From: Octopus bimaculoides
Lineage: Eukaryota
DNA length: 64,000 nucleotides
Direction of reading: 5' to 3'
NCBI RefSeq assembly: GCF_001194135.2
Contig: NC_068988.1
Span: 14,638,226-14,702,225, forward strand
Shown here: piece after piece, positions 14,509 to 27,573 of the stretch
How the letters are laid out: every line of letters starts with the position of its first letter
Position numbering within the stretch: position 1 is the stretch's first letter
Notes under the pieces: model-generated
Database searches by the model: none
What the model was told of the DNA's origin: nothing
Seen by the model: only the letters and a program-made list of their open reading frames with translations
Position numbers and translations under genes: made by a program

Positions 14509-15342
14509 GCAGTCATTAGAACTTTTAATTACCAGCTGATGGTGGGGGAATGGAGGAAAGTAGAATGTTTTTGTTGATGTCTTCTTCATGTTTGCTGTTG
14601 TTTTTGTTTTTTTTTCAAGCTTAATTTTTGTGCTTTCTTCTCTTCCTTTCTTTCTCTCTTTTTTTGTTTGTTTCATTTTGTATTGTTTTGTGCTGTTTTT
14701 TTTTTCTTTGAAAATAACATGGCTTCAATATATCGACAAGGAAGATTATGGCTACATCCTCCAGTTTAGTCAATTTATAAAATACAGCTTCCAAGAAAAA
14801 CAGTCGTTTTAAAGAGCTGTAACAGCAACTGTTCCCGAAACAGCTGCAAAGATGCTGAATAAATAGGAGCTCAGGTAAAGGACTAGATACATATCTCTCT
14901 CTAACAAAGTCCTTAACAGTTTGTTAATTGTTATTGTAAATATTTAACTTTTGTTCTGAGTTATCAAAATCAAAAAGAAGTAATAATAATTGCAATTATC
15001 ATGGTGGTCGTAGTGATGGTGGTAGTGGTGGTGGTGGTGGTGGTCATAGTATTCATGGTAGTAGTGGTGATGACATTGATGGTAGTGGTGGTGGTTGTGA
15101 TGGTAGTAGTGTTGGTGGAGATAGAAGTAAGCTTTCTGTTGATGTCATTGGCTATTCCAGTTTCTCTGGGAGGGAGTGAAGGTCATGCCTGGCACAGACC
15201 CCACGTTCCTGCTAGGTAACACAGAGAAGACAAAAAAGGAGGGAAAAACTGGGCCAGCGAGGTAAAGGAGTAGCCAAGGTTGATATAACGGAACCAACTA
15301 GCCACGGCGATGTTAGTCAAAAACGGGGTTGAAAGGAATACG
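14480..15342 (-). other. Probable FCHO 3' UTR (about 0.86 kb) containing an (ACC/ACT)n tract at about 15001-15115
   Basis: SINE-free sequence between the stop codon and a candidate poly(A) site; longer UTR isoforms cannot be excluded. Confidence 0.5.
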
Positions 15343-15386
15343 TTAGGTGTACTTTGCGTCGGGGTCAGGCTCCACAGAATATTTAC
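15343..15386 (-). CDS. FCHO2: FCHO terminal coding exon: (G)KYSVEPDPDAKYT*
   Basis: cttgtgtttcag|GT AAA TAT…ACC TAA; equivalent to the terminal G(K/R)Y strand of muniscin muHDs. Confidence 0.85.
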
Positions 15387-16425
15387 CTGAAACACAAGTA
15401 GGATGGAGTTGTTCATTTGCACACATATTGTCACAAGGCATATGTATACGTATTGTGCTTCACAGGACTTTTTTTTTTCTACAATAACAACATGCGCAAG
15501 AGGACAAAGCAGCTTAGCAAAGCAAAGAAGAAAGTAACGACGTTACTTAATTAATAGTTTGCAGGTTTTCCTTTTTTTTTTTTTTCTTCTGTTTACAAAT
15601 TACGTTATTATGATATGAAAATGTTAAAGCTTAGCAAATTAACAAATATTTAAAAAGATATTTAAAACACTTTACCAATTATAACATCATGTAATTCTCT
15701 GTAAAACAAACACACATAGAATGAGGCAATTAGTACAGCTCTTTGGATGCTGACAATTTGGCATGACTGGCTGGACATTCAGCCTGTTTTGATGACAGTA
15801 CATTTTGGCAGTAGAGATAAACACATACACACAAATATGCATATACGTACAGAAGTATACACATAGAGAGAGAGAGAGAGAGAGAAGAATTGAGACAATT
15901 TATGGTCCCACTGTGTGGCACCTTGGGCAAGTGTCTTCTACTATAGCCTCAGGCTGATCAAAGCCTTGAGTGGATTTGGTTGATGAAAACTGAAAGAAAC
16001 CCATCATATATATATTATATATATGGGGGGGGGTCTTTGTCCTCCACCACTGTTTGACAGCCAGTGTCAGTGTGTTTATGTCCCCATAACTTAACAGTTC
16101 AGCAAAAGGGATCAATAGAATAAGTACGAAGCTTTAAAAAAACAAAAGTACTGGGGTTGATTCATTTGACTAAAAATTCTTCAAGGCAGTGCCCCAGCAT
16201 GGCCACAATCTAATGACTGAAACAAGTAAAAGATTAAAAAAATAAATAAATGAGACAAACACTTTCCCTTTCTTCATATACATAAAGAAAAATATACTGA
16301 CAGAGACAGAGAGAGAGAGAGAGAACAAGAGAAACACTAAAATATCTAATGTCAAATAAGTCAGCATTGAATCAGTGATGCCAAATAGTCAGTGCCAAAA
16401 TAGTTGCACCACAATGTCTTATATC

Positions 16426-16457
<32 letters not shown>

Positions 16458-17154
16458 TTCCTTTGCTGAAAACTAAAGCTTCAGATTGCTGCTCTGAGTT
16501 TCTCACTTTGCAATCTCAGAGACAAAGTGAAGCTTTAACTTCCAGGTAAATTAATAAATTAATAATTAAACTCTACTACAAACATTGAATACTTTGTTTC
16601 CTCATTTGTTTTACACAATCTAACATATATTATATTATATTATATTATGTTAATAGTGCAGAAAAGCAACTAAGACAAGCAAAGCAAAAAAGAAAAAGGT
16701 GGTTAATAGAACTCAAGTATTTGTAAAGAGTTGAAAATAAAGCTGTATAGTGTTAATAATGCACTTGTAATGAATCAATTTACAAACACTCTTTTTGCTA
16801 TCTGTGCTACAGGAAACTTGTGCTACAGGAAACTAAAGAGAAAGAGTTGAGTTTTGTTTTCTTCCAAGTGAGTGACAAAAGAAACTCCAGTAGCTAAAAT
16901 TTCAAACAGTTACTACATTTGAGAAACAGAGAGAGAGACTTGAAATATGAAGAAATATTCGGTTTCTTTTTTTGCTTTTTTCTTTTTTTTTTTCCAGATA
17001 TACATAATACTGTTGAGTTTATTTAATGGGTTAAAAATCAAATGCAGAATGTTTACTAAAATATAGAAAATCTTCAGCGTAAAAGAAAAAAATTCTAACA
17101 AAAATATCTCTTTTTCTAGTTCTCTTTAATGGAAAGATGTATTTATGTGGATAC

Positions 17155-17310
17155 ATGTATGTACAAGCCTCATGCATAAATCTCATGTACGAGCTTTATG
17201 AGCCTCATGCATGGGCCTTATGTATGATCTTTATGCATAAGCCTCATGTAGGAGTCTCACTTATGAGCCTTGAGTATAAGCTGCATGTATGAGCCTCACA
17301 CATATATGAG
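17155..17310. repeat. Degenerate minisatellite, unit about ATGAGCCTCATGY
   Basis: Recurring gcctcatg/atgagcct motifs in tandem. Confidence 0.7.
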
Positions 17311-17804
17311 GTCTGTGTTTTTACTTTACAGAGGAAGGTCAGACAAGACACGCAGTTACTAAATTTTACTTAAATGGATGAACTTATCTATATCATTGTT
17401 GTTGTTATCTATATCATTGATGTTGAGTAGCCCCTGGTCGGCCAAGATTGATCAGTTTTAAGGCACACAGATACTCCACTGAACAGCAAAGGATGCCGCC
17501 ATAAAACCATCTTTAAATTATGTGATATCTTTGCAGAATCTGACTTGTAGTCATGTATCATTTGGATTGAAGATTGACAGTCGAACACTATCCAGTTTAT
17601 GCATGTATGTCTATAGATTCTAGTGCCAAACTGAGCAGAGGTGGGCATGGTGGACTCAGCCAGAATACAACATATGCTGTTCCTTTGTAGTTGGTGCAGA
17701 CATGACTTTGTGGTGAAGAAGTTTGCTTTGCAACTGTGTGGTTTTGAGTCAGTCCCAAGCTTTGCTAGTGAATTTCATAGATGAAAACTGTGCAAAAGCC
17801 CGTC

Positions 17805-17835
17805 CTCTGTGTGTGTGTGTGTGTGAGAGAGAGAG

Positions 17836-17905
<70 letters not shown>
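17805..17905. repeat. (TG)n/(AG)n microsatellite within a SINE B copy
   Basis: Seen directly. Confidence 0.95.
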
Positions 17906-17906
<1 letters not shown>

Positions 17907-18200
17907 ACACTATTTGACAACAAGTGTGGCTTTGTATATGAATTCGGAACTCAACAGTTCAATAAAAAAGAGAATAACAAGTACCAGACAAGTGATGGGA
18001 GTTGGGGATAACTTTATGGACTAAAAACGTTTCAAGGTGGTGCCCCAGCATGGCTACAGACCTATGGACTAATGAGTAAAGGAAAGAATAAAAAAACTTG
18101 TTGATTGTGGTGCTGCACTTTCGCACAGTATTTGGGGCCACAGTAAGGTTATAAATGTGAGAAGAAAAAGAAATCCGAGATGTATATGATTGCTTTAGGA

Positions 18201-18544
18201 CAGTGTTTCGTTTTACCCTTGCATAACCCTTAAAATAAATTACATGTCTCAAGGAACCCCTGCACAAAAAACTTATACACTATATCTTTCTCATATTTTT
18301 TTCATCATAGTTCATGTGTTAAATATCATATATATATGTATGTATCGTTGTTATTCTTTTTTGGATAACATGATAGGTTAGATAGGACAATGTCTATATT
18401 ACAATAACCAATAATATGTTGTGCATGTATAGTAATATTATGATCATGAAATTAGCATTAGCTTATCTCACTCTTTCTCACGAGACCCCTAGGAACCTTT
18501 TGTGAAACACTAGGGTTCCGGGGAACTCCGGCTGAGAAATGCTG
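18201..18544. mobile_element. Decayed hAT (Charlie-like) MITE
   Basis: CAGTGTTTC at the left end, GCTGAGAAATGCTG at the right end, subterminal GGAACC/GGTTCC motifs; target duplication poorly conserved. Confidence 0.5.
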
Positions 18545-19468
18545 TTTTAAAGTAAAAAGGAAGACACATTCATCAAAAGAATAAAGTAGATATAAAGAAA
18601 TGAATGCCCAATGCACACAGCAATATGGCTAGAGATACAGTTATAATGAACATAATATATATTTCTCTTTTTTGCTCAAGCCCTAGGACTCATCAGGCTC
18701 GACTTATTTCCATGGCTTACAAGTGGCCAAGATCACAATATTTCCCCTGAACAAGACATTCGTCTGTTGCAGGATTCAAGGCAAGCCAGTTTGAGGGGAT
18801 GAGCACACTGATTACTTTGACTTCAGTACTTGACTGGGGTTTGTTTTATCAGCCCCCAAAAGCATGAAGGGCAAAGTTAACATCAGCAAGATTTTAACTC
18901 AGGATGTAAAGAGCTGGAAGAAATGTCACTAAGCATTTTGTGGAACATGTTGAAAATTCTTCCACAGCCACCTCCTTACATAATATATACATAAATATAT
19001 ATATAGACACAAAGGTGCAGATAGAATGAAAAACAAAGAGGGTATAGAAGAAAGAGACAGAAAAGAAAAAGCACGAATGAGACAGGTGGGAGGTGGTGCA
19101 ATATAAGTAGTTAGAGTAAGAATATCAGTAAAGAGAGATAGAAAGATAAGAATCAAAGAAAGGAGTGTTGATACAGAGAGACAGAAAGAAAAAGAGAAAG
19201 AGAATGGTTTCTCTACAAGTTATAGCTGAAGCACAGCTATGGAATTCAAAGAAAGAAATCAAGACAAATCTATGAAATCTAAAGATGTATTTAGTAAAAT
19301 TGGTAATGAAAATAAAATGAAATGTTAATAATAATGATGATAAAAAGGAATATTAATAGTATTGGATACAGCTATTTCCACACGCATACATGCAATCAGC
19401 TGTCTTCTTTTACAAACTCAATATGGCATCACGTTTTGAGTGAAAATGTTAGAAAATGATATGCATTG

Positions 19469-19506
<38 letters not shown>

Positions 19507-21631
19507 AAGAAAGAAAGAAAAAAATTTTTTAATGGAAAGCTGAACAGAAACTAAATTCTTTTAATTACATGGCGTGATATATGTTTATTGCTAGATTAGC
19601 AGGGGCAGGGGTGGTTGGATTCTTGTGATGAAGTTCATTGTTATTTTTTACTTTAAAAAATATTGATCAGAAATCTATGCTAAAAAAAGTCAATATATTT
19701 ACATGGTTCATGGTATACTCATAGAGACACTAAGTAAAAGTTATTGGTTACGGTTAAGATATTACTAATCAAACAAATAGGATGATATCTACAATGACTC
19801 AGAAATGTTTACATCTCAACACGCATACACACACAAGTGAGAACTATTGGTAAAATGAATAAATTTACATAATTTATATACATACATGCTTAAATTAACT
19901 GATTACAATCGTTTCAATTAATCAATATAACTGATTGTAGAAAGGCATAGCTGATGCATGGTTCCAGCACTGCAGAATAGATCTTACAGTCATGAAGAGA
20001 AAAACTTCATTAAATTATAGCATTTCTGCAGTTAAGGCATATCATTGTTTGTCCCAGTTTACTGTCTACTCATACATTCAGATTATGAGGTCAACAATAG
20101 GATCAATAATCAAACAGCTTATATTAAGGCTGCTGTTGTTCTAACAGTAGGTAAATGTCTAATGCATATAGGTTGCTGTGAAAAACTAAATATAAAACTG
20201 GATGTAAAAAAATAACCATGATCAATATTTAAAAATACATGGAGTCTTAGAACTAGAGAGAAAATGGTAAGCTATGAACAATGATGTATTACCCAAATCC
20301 TTGAAACTATTCCAGCCAAGAATTTAAGCCATTCCACAGCATTTCTGATGAAATTAATAGTCAACAATGGTTTACCATATTGACATAGAACTAGAGAATG
20401 ATAAGGGTATGTTGTGACCAGCAAACCTTTCTTTGTGTTCCATCATGGCATGAAACACAAAAGAAGCAGAGAATCTAAAATAGTAACGAGAACGTAGTAA
20501 AATTACACCATGGCACCACTATGCTACAATTATAAATAAATTGGTAAATAATTAGAAGTGAAGTCTTCACAAAGCAGAAGCTCATTAAGTAATTACATCA
20601 CACCAAAACTCAGATGATTATGGTGAGATGACAATTTCTTCACATGTGACATTAGACAATCTTGGAATTATCTTTTTAGTGGTAGATAATAAACTGTCTG
20701 ATGCCAAATAGAGGAACTGACCTATTCATAATTAAGAGTCCAACCCTGGAACACCACTAAGTGCTTGTAGAGGATTTGAACTCAACATCCATGATTTTGT
20801 AGGTTAACACTTTACTCTTTAGGTCATCTGTCTCTCACAAACATAAATATTTTTATTTTTGTTTTTGTAATTTTATTGAAATTTGTTTTTTTACAGCAGG
20901 GTTGTGAATGAATTAAACTGAATAATACAGCATAAAGCATGGGAGAATTAATGTGTGTGTGTGTGTGTGTGTGTGTGTTCAATTGGAAGTATACAAAAAT
21001 AAATTAGGATAAAATAACCAATAGCAGGGATTTCCTTTTAGTTTTTGCATGAGAAAAAATGTGCATGTCTGTGTGCATACATGCTTAACTTAAAAATTGA
21101 TTTTAAAAAACAGAAAAAAAAAAAAATTCCAAAAATTACCTAAGTATTTGATAAGCATAATTAAAATGCAAAAGAAATATACAAAAAAAAAAGATTAAAA
21201 AAAAAAGATTAAAAAAAAAAAATTTTGGAAACCCATTGCAAGAAAACAGTCAACAAATCTTGAAAATAAAGGAATGGTGAAGTTTCAGGTGGGGAAATAA
21301 ATAAATGAAGCAGATATACTGACAAGCAAGAATATCACAAAGGTGTAAATGGAATATTAACATGGTCAGAGGACAGGATTTTTTTTTTCTTCTGCATCTG
21401 ATATATTTTTCTAAAAGAATGGTGAAAGAGAATTTGAGGAGTAAATAAAAAAAGCTTGGGTTAGGATTATTGTCTATGTAGATCTATTAGGATTAATACT
21501 TTTCACTCTTGTTATTTTTCTAGTTGCTTGTTTGGATGTTTTCTTTTTTTTTCTGTGCATGTTCTCTAAGGAAAAACAAAACAAAAACAAAATAAAAGCA
21601 TTCAGGTTTCACATTCCTATAGTATACGAAC

Positions 21632-21861
21632 CTGCTCCAAACCGTTTTTTCACCAATGACAGCCGATAACCTAAACCAACAAGTTCAAATTCAAGACCAG
21701 ATAGTGTGGCCCCTTCAGCAATGAAATGCAAGGCAGTAGGTGAAGGGGTGCTAGGTCCGTTACTGGTTTCGAATTTTGCACGGATGTTCCCTTGGGTGCC
21801 GTTTTCACTCATTTCGGAAATATCATCCAACTTCCATGTTGCCCGCTTTTCCTCGGCATTC
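21632..21861 (-). CDS. FCHO2: FCHO muHD exon: (W)NAEEKRATWKLDDISEMSENGTQGNIRAKF…LVGLGYRLSLVKKRFGA(G)
   Basis: gttccaccag|G…GCAG|gttcgt; 230 nt, phase 2 to 1. Confidence 0.95.
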
Positions 21862-22458
21862 CTGGTGGAACAGAGAAGTGGAATAAACTAAAACTCGAAA
21901 TGACCCAAAATGAAGACTGTATTGATGTACAATATGGCATGTGGAAACTGTTAATGTTGTACATGTGTATGGGCTTCCAGATGAATGCTATAGACTGCAC
22001 ACATACACCACCATCATCATTTAATGTCCAGGTTCCATGCTGGCATGGGTTAGATGGATCCAAGGGCTGCATCATGTCCCAGTATCTGCTTTGGCAGGGG
22101 TTCTATGACTGGATGGCCTTCTTAACACCATATATGAATAAATATAGACATATACTTGTATGAGAGCAAGTGTGTGAACATATGCAAACATTTATACAAA
22201 TGTGTATACATGTACAGGTTTGTGAACAAAATTGTGTACACAAGCATGGAAGAATATCTATTTCAATATATGTGTTTATGTGTCTATATGTGTGTGTGTG
22301 TGTATGTCATCACATATGAATGTGTGCATATACGTCAATGTCTGTATATGTATATCAATGTGCATACCTATATCAATGTGTGTGTGTGTGTGTTATACTT
22401 CAAACAAACAGACAAATAAGCTGTAAAGCTCTGAAGATATTCTAACTCAATACTGTAC

Positions 22459-22661
22459 CAGTTTCCATTAGGGATACTTTGCATGTTGACCACATCTCCA
22501 TTGACTGGAACCGTTACTTGGATGTTCTTTAGAGCGACAGGCTTTGACATTGAACAAGGGTTATACTTATAATCCAGTCGGAAGTTGGTAACTGTTGAAG
22601 TGCACTTCCAGTAGACTACCAAAGGCAGAGGTGTGTTGTCTACACCAGGCATTGGTTTTAC
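22459..22661 (-). CDS. FCHO2: FCHO muHD exon: VKPMPGVDNTPLPLVVYWKCTSTVTNFRLDYKYNPCSMSKPVALKNIQVTVPVNGDVVNMQSIPNGN(W)
   Basis: gttttccag|GTA…TG|gtacag; 203 nt, phase 0 to 2. Confidence 0.95.
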
Positions 22662-22954
22662 CTGGAAAACAAAAATACATTTAGAAACAAAACTAATAAT
22701 ATCTCTACCAAAAGCAAACAACAGTAGCAGCATCTTTGTCTTTGAATCGACGTTGTTCTTGTGTTGTGATCTGAGATTTAATAACAATAAACTAGCAAGA
22801 GAACAAACCAAGTCCACACAATACGCGCTATGCAGTTGTTTGATCTGCAAGAAATAGCTGCTGAATCCATCTCAAATCAAATCACATTTGACCATCTTAA
22901 ACCATTCAGGATATATTGAATAGTGTGGTCAAAGATGAATGATACTTGAATCAC

Positions 22955-23130
22955 CATCATCATCATCATCATCATCGTCGTTTAACGTCCGCTTTCCATG
23001 CTAGCATGGGTTGGACGATTTGACTGAGGACTGGTGAAACCAGATGGCTACACCAGGCTCCAATCTGATTTGGCAGAGTTTTTACAGCTGGATGCCCTTC
23101 CTAACGCCAACCACTCAGAGAGTGTAGAAT
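22955..23130 (-). mobile_element. SINE family C with (GAT)n tail (further copies at about 5215-5445 +, 22010-22130 -, 24900-25090 -, 25390-25500 -, 32200-32530 -, 33745-33970 -, 36960-37090 +, 41280-41470 -)
   Basis: Shared block GGAAGGGCATCCAGC.GTA(G/A)AA… and 3' end ccaacccatg(c/t)(c/t)agcatggaaa…ttaaa(tga)n. Confidence 0.82.
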
Positions 23131-24192
23131 ACAAGATGGAATAGTCACAACTGGAATGCCTTTGATGAGACCTGCTTAAAACAACAACCAGCAATGGAAC
23201 TTATATGTCAGTGCTACCTGTTGATGTGGTAGCCAAACATCATCTTAATTGATTCCTAAAAGTCTTTTATAACAGAATAACAGAAGTCAAGCCAACATAA
23301 AATTTTGATGAAAGGTTTTGAGTTTGTACCATAGAACCAGAGGCGGTCACAGGCAGGATGGCATCAAAGACGTTTGAAAAAAGGATGTAAATAAATGTTT
23401 TTGAAACTGAATGTCTTTTGAAATCCAGCCACTGAACATCAGAATAGTAGAGGAAGCTGTTTTTTATGTAGGTAACATGAAATAAAATAAGCTTTCTGGT
23501 ATAACACCACTATATGGCTAAAAAGTGCCTTTAGGGGTATCTACAATATTATAATCATTCAGGCTGGGCCAATGGTTCAAAAGTAATTTACTCCCTTCTG
23601 CCTATCTATTTTAGGGAAGGAGCCCTAAAAAAGACCAATGAGTTCTGTCTTCTTCATGTGACTTAGCTATAAAAAGCAAAAAACACAAAATGTTATATCT
23701 GAAGATCTACCTGTCTAACAATAAAATTATTTACGAACTGTGATATCTGACAACAAATTCTGTGGGAAGATAGAATTGATAGAAATCCACTTTAGTATTC
23801 TTCCTGTCACTTATTTTTGTTAATTAAATCTAACCCAGTACTTTTCCGGTATTTTTTTTCGTTTTTGTAGTCAATTAAATCCGTCCCATAATTTACCGAT
23901 ACATCAACTCCAAGAAGATGAAAAGGAAATTCAACATCAGAAGAATATAAAGGAGTGTAACGAAATACATCAAAGTCTGTTTGGCATTCAGTTATTCTAC
24001 TAACTGACTACTCTTAACTATAACAAAAATAATAATATGTACGTATATAAGGTACACCAAGACATGCGAAACAAAATTTAAAAAGTACTGCATTTTGTTT
24101 CTTTTTAGATGATTCAAATAATAAAAATTATATCTTTTGTATTACAAATATACATAACAGAAAAGTGGAAGTGGAAAATCAAGTTTATCTAC

Positions 24193-24325
24193 CTGATATT
24201 TCAGTATATCAACATTGAAATACGATGCTGACTTATTGATCTCTCCTTGAGCACGAAGGTGTTCTGTTAGAGCAGTCATATCAAATATATATATCGAACT
24301 ATTGGATGTGCTCTGTTGGGTGTCC
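24193..24325 (-). CDS. FCHO2: FCHO muHD exon: DTQQSTSNSSIYIFDMTALTEHLRAQGEINKSASYFNVDILKYQ
   Basis: ttctttcag|G…CAG|gtagat; 133 nt, phase 2 to 0. Confidence 0.95.
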
Positions 24326-25599
24326 CTGAAAGAACCAATTGATATAAACAAAAAAGAGAGTTAAAGGTGTTCACAGGCTCATGGTTTAAAGAGTAAAATA
24401 AATCCAATTAAAGTGGTTAAGGAAATGAAGAATAAATGCTAAGAATGGATCCAAGCAACTGATGAAAGCCCAAGGAGATAGGTATGGCAGCTGAAACCAG
24501 GTCAAAGTAGCCGGTGGAACCTTTCCACAAGCGAAGGCTAATTCACTCTTTGGTGCCCCACTCAGGTTAAGTGTACAGGCTAAGGGGTGAAATGCTTGTG
24601 ACCCTCTCTCAGATAGATGCAGACAACATGGAAGAGTTTCCAACACTTGCATTACATCCAAGTGGCTCCTGCAGTTTCTGCATGGGGCAAAGTATCACCA
24701 ATGTTTATTACACCAGTTTTTGATTGAAATGCATTCAGCTGATGAGCAGCACCTAGCCAAGACTGCTAGTGCTTCCTAGGGATGCCTCTCCTCGTCGCTC
24801 GCATAACCAAAATCCCAAAACCATTTACAAGAAAAGTTTACTGCTTGCAAAACCTTCTCTCATCAATCTTTTATATTTCTCTAAAGGGATTTATCCCCAT
24901 CTCATCATCATTATCATCAACAAATGTCTATTTTCCATGCTGGCATGGGTTGGACAGTTTGACAAGAGCTGGTAAAGCCAGGGGACACACCAGGCTCCAT
25001 TGTCTGTTCTGACATGGTTTTTAAGGCCAGATGCCCTTCCTAACACCAGCCACTTTACAAAGTCTGCTAGGTGCTTTTTACGTGGCACCATCACTAGAAT
25101 CAGTTCTGCTGTGGTGGACAGATCCCCTTGAAAACAACAAGGTGCCAAACATCTCAGTCCTTTGTCATCTCTTCTATGGCATTTTAAAATAAATCGTTAA
25201 AATAAGCAAAAGAAAATGATAGTACTACATATTTGGATTTTTATACATATATTTGTCACCATATGTCAGAGGTAATCCAACCACAAAATTTTAAGTAACA
25301 TCAGGAGCTAAGTTAAACTATTAATCAATAAACGCAGCTCCAACTATGCGCTGAGAGCAACTTCCATTCATTTATTCACTTACACCTCATCATTTTAAAG
25401 TCCACTTTTCCATGCTAGCATGGGTTGGGCAGAGTTTATTGAGGCAGATTTTCTACAGTCACATGCAATTCCTACTGCCAATCCATATCTGTTTCCAAGC
25501 AAGGTAATATTTCCCCCATGGCCAGACATGATTTTTTGCAGAATATTGGAAATGAATGACATTCATTTACAACAATCTTGCAATATCAAGACAAGAAAG

Positions 25600-25810
25600 G
25601 CAGTAAGCTGGCAGAAACGTTAGCATGCTGGGCAAAATGCTCAGCAGTATTTCATCTATCTTTATGTTCTGTGTTCAAATTCTGCTGAGGTTGACTTTGC
25701 CTTTCATCCTTTCGGGATCGATAAATTAAATAGCAGTTGCGTACTGGGATCAATCTAATCGACTGGCCCCTCCCCAAAAATTTCAGGTTTTGTGCCTAGA
25801 GTAGAAATAA
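25600..25810 (+). mobile_element. SINE family A copy
   Basis: gctggcagaaacgttagc…gttcaaattc…gcctttcatcctttcgggatcgataa…. Confidence 0.85.
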
Positions 25811-25905
25811 TATCAAGAGAAGGAGACGTTCAGCTTTAATACAAATGCTGATTATTCAAGGCCAAAACACAGAGAAATGATTAGTAATGTAAGACAGGTA
25901 CTTAC

Positions 25906-26061
25906 TGAGATATGAGTTGGGAATTGATTCTGATGCTATCTAGACGTGTTGTACCATTCAAACGAAAACTTAACATGGAGGGAGATGGGTTTTCTATCAA
26001 CACTTTAATGATACCTGCAGGAAACGACATCATCAAATTTCCAGACAAAGTCACTGTACAC
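25906..26061 (-). CDS. FCHO2: FCHO muHD exon: CTVTLSGNLMMSFPAGIIKVLIENPSPSMLSFRLNGTTRLDSIRINSQLIS(Q)
   Basis: tactttcag|G…CA|gtaagt; 156 nt, phase 2 to 2. Confidence 0.95.
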
Positions 26062-26146
26062 CTGAAAGTAAAGGTAAACAAATATATATGATTTGGATAT
26101 GCTAAAAAAATATATTAAGAGTGTGTGTGTGCATGTCCTTTTTATT

Positions 26147-26435
26147 GGCATGCGGCCTCACTGCTCCTCTCCTGCTGCTGCTGCCGCTGTCGGGCTCCGT
26201 TACGTGTCAACTGCATGATTCGGGGCGGGCGGCGCAGCGTTTCACAACGCTGATGGTCTGGCATTGCGGGAGACGGAGGATTGAGTGGCATGCGCATGCT
26301 AATCGGGCCGGAAAAAGTAGAAGGAGCGAGAACGAAAGATAAGGAGGAATTCCCGTTCCTTCCGCCACTTCCCTGGCAAGCGCCCTTTCCTGCGACTCCC
26401 GATTCCCTGCTGCCACCGTTGGCGGCGGATGGCAT
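26147..26435. other. GC- and CpG-rich island of unknown origin in an FCHO intron
   Basis: About 26 CpG in about 290 bp by hand count, against an AT-rich, CpG-poor background. Confidence 0.8.
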
Positions 26436-26869
26436 TATATATATATATATATATATTTGTTTTTAATAATGTTTTTGCATTAAAAATTAAAAAAGCATCT
26501 GCACCAATAGGCACTAAAGTGGTGGTGAAGGTTAAATGTATATAATTTACAACAGGCTTCTTTCAGTTTCTATCCACCAAATATCCACACCCAAAGCTTT
26601 AATTGGACTGGGGCTATAGTAGAAAGCTCTCATCCAAAATGCTGTGCAGTGGAACTGAACCCACACAGCTATGCCTGCACACACCACACAGCTATGTCAT
26701 ATCTCTAATAATATTACGGAGATAATATAAACTAGTTACTAATAATCAACCAATTCAATATGTCACTATTCAAGTACATCTACCTTAGTAACTGCAATGC
26801 AATCCATAGTAAAATAAGTTAAGTTGCACTATTTATAGATATTGCATAAACACTATGATTTGAGGATCA

Positions 26870-27520
26870 ACAGGATTGTAATGTAATGCAAAGAAAACAG
26901 AGATGCAAGTATTCAACCACGAAATGCCTGTGTCAGTGAAAGTGAGAGAGACGGTAAGTCGCTGAAGGTAGTTGAAAATTTCAAATACCTTGGTACGAGG
27001 GCATAAAGTACTGTAAAAGAAATCGTAGTAAGGAAAGCTCTTGCCTGGAGCGCATGTCATATACTGAGAAAGGTATGGAGTTCAAAGTTAGGAAGGAAAT
27101 TGAAAGTGAGGTTGTTTCTGGCAATAGCGGAGTCTGTTCTTCTATACGGGGCTGAAACATGGATACTCACTAAAGCATTGAAGAAGCAGTTGGACGGTTG
27201 TTATACGAGGATGCTTAGAATGGCACTCAATGTCTCCTGGAAGAGTCATACAACAAACACCGATTTATACCAGGGACTACCAAAAGTAACATTGAAGATA
27301 TAGCATAGAAGGATGAGGCTAACTGGACAATGCATCGGATGGACCAATGAAACTGCTAACAAGCTAGTGCTCTGGCAATCAACGTAAGGAAGAACCAGGA
27401 GGGGAAGGAAGAAGACGACCTAGTATAGAAGGGGTATAAGAGCTGAGGACCATTATGGAAGATCAACATGAATGGGGAAAATGTGTGGAAATAGTCTTGG
27501 GGCATGCTGTGGGACGAACT
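26870..27520 (+). mobile_element. 3' fragment of a second LINE lineage (RTE-X/Proto2-like C-terminus)
   Basis: VENFKYLG…ALAW…VRLFLAIAESVLLYGAETWILTKALKKQLDGCYTRMLRMALNVSWKSH.TN..LY..LP…RRMRL.G; clade assignment is from memory. Confidence 0.8.
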
Positions 27521-27573
27521 AGGTAGAGAGATAGTTTATTGATTCAAAAAGAAGAATACATCTGAGTACTTAC

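Noticed and set aside
14820-14910. Possible terminal exon ERYVSSPLPELL…
   Set aside because: Weak acceptor and no nearby stop. The exon at 15343-15386 fits far better and this region falls in its 3' UTR.
15001-15219. Poly-Val plus-strand ORF
   Set aside because: A (GGT/GTA)n trinucleotide repeat, antisense to the 3' UTR.
19340-19400. Possible terminal exon ADCMYACG… after a long poly(T) tract
   Set aside because: The ADC match to the vertebrate ending looks coincidental: it lacks the G-K/R-Y motif and the AG is far from the pyrimidine tract.
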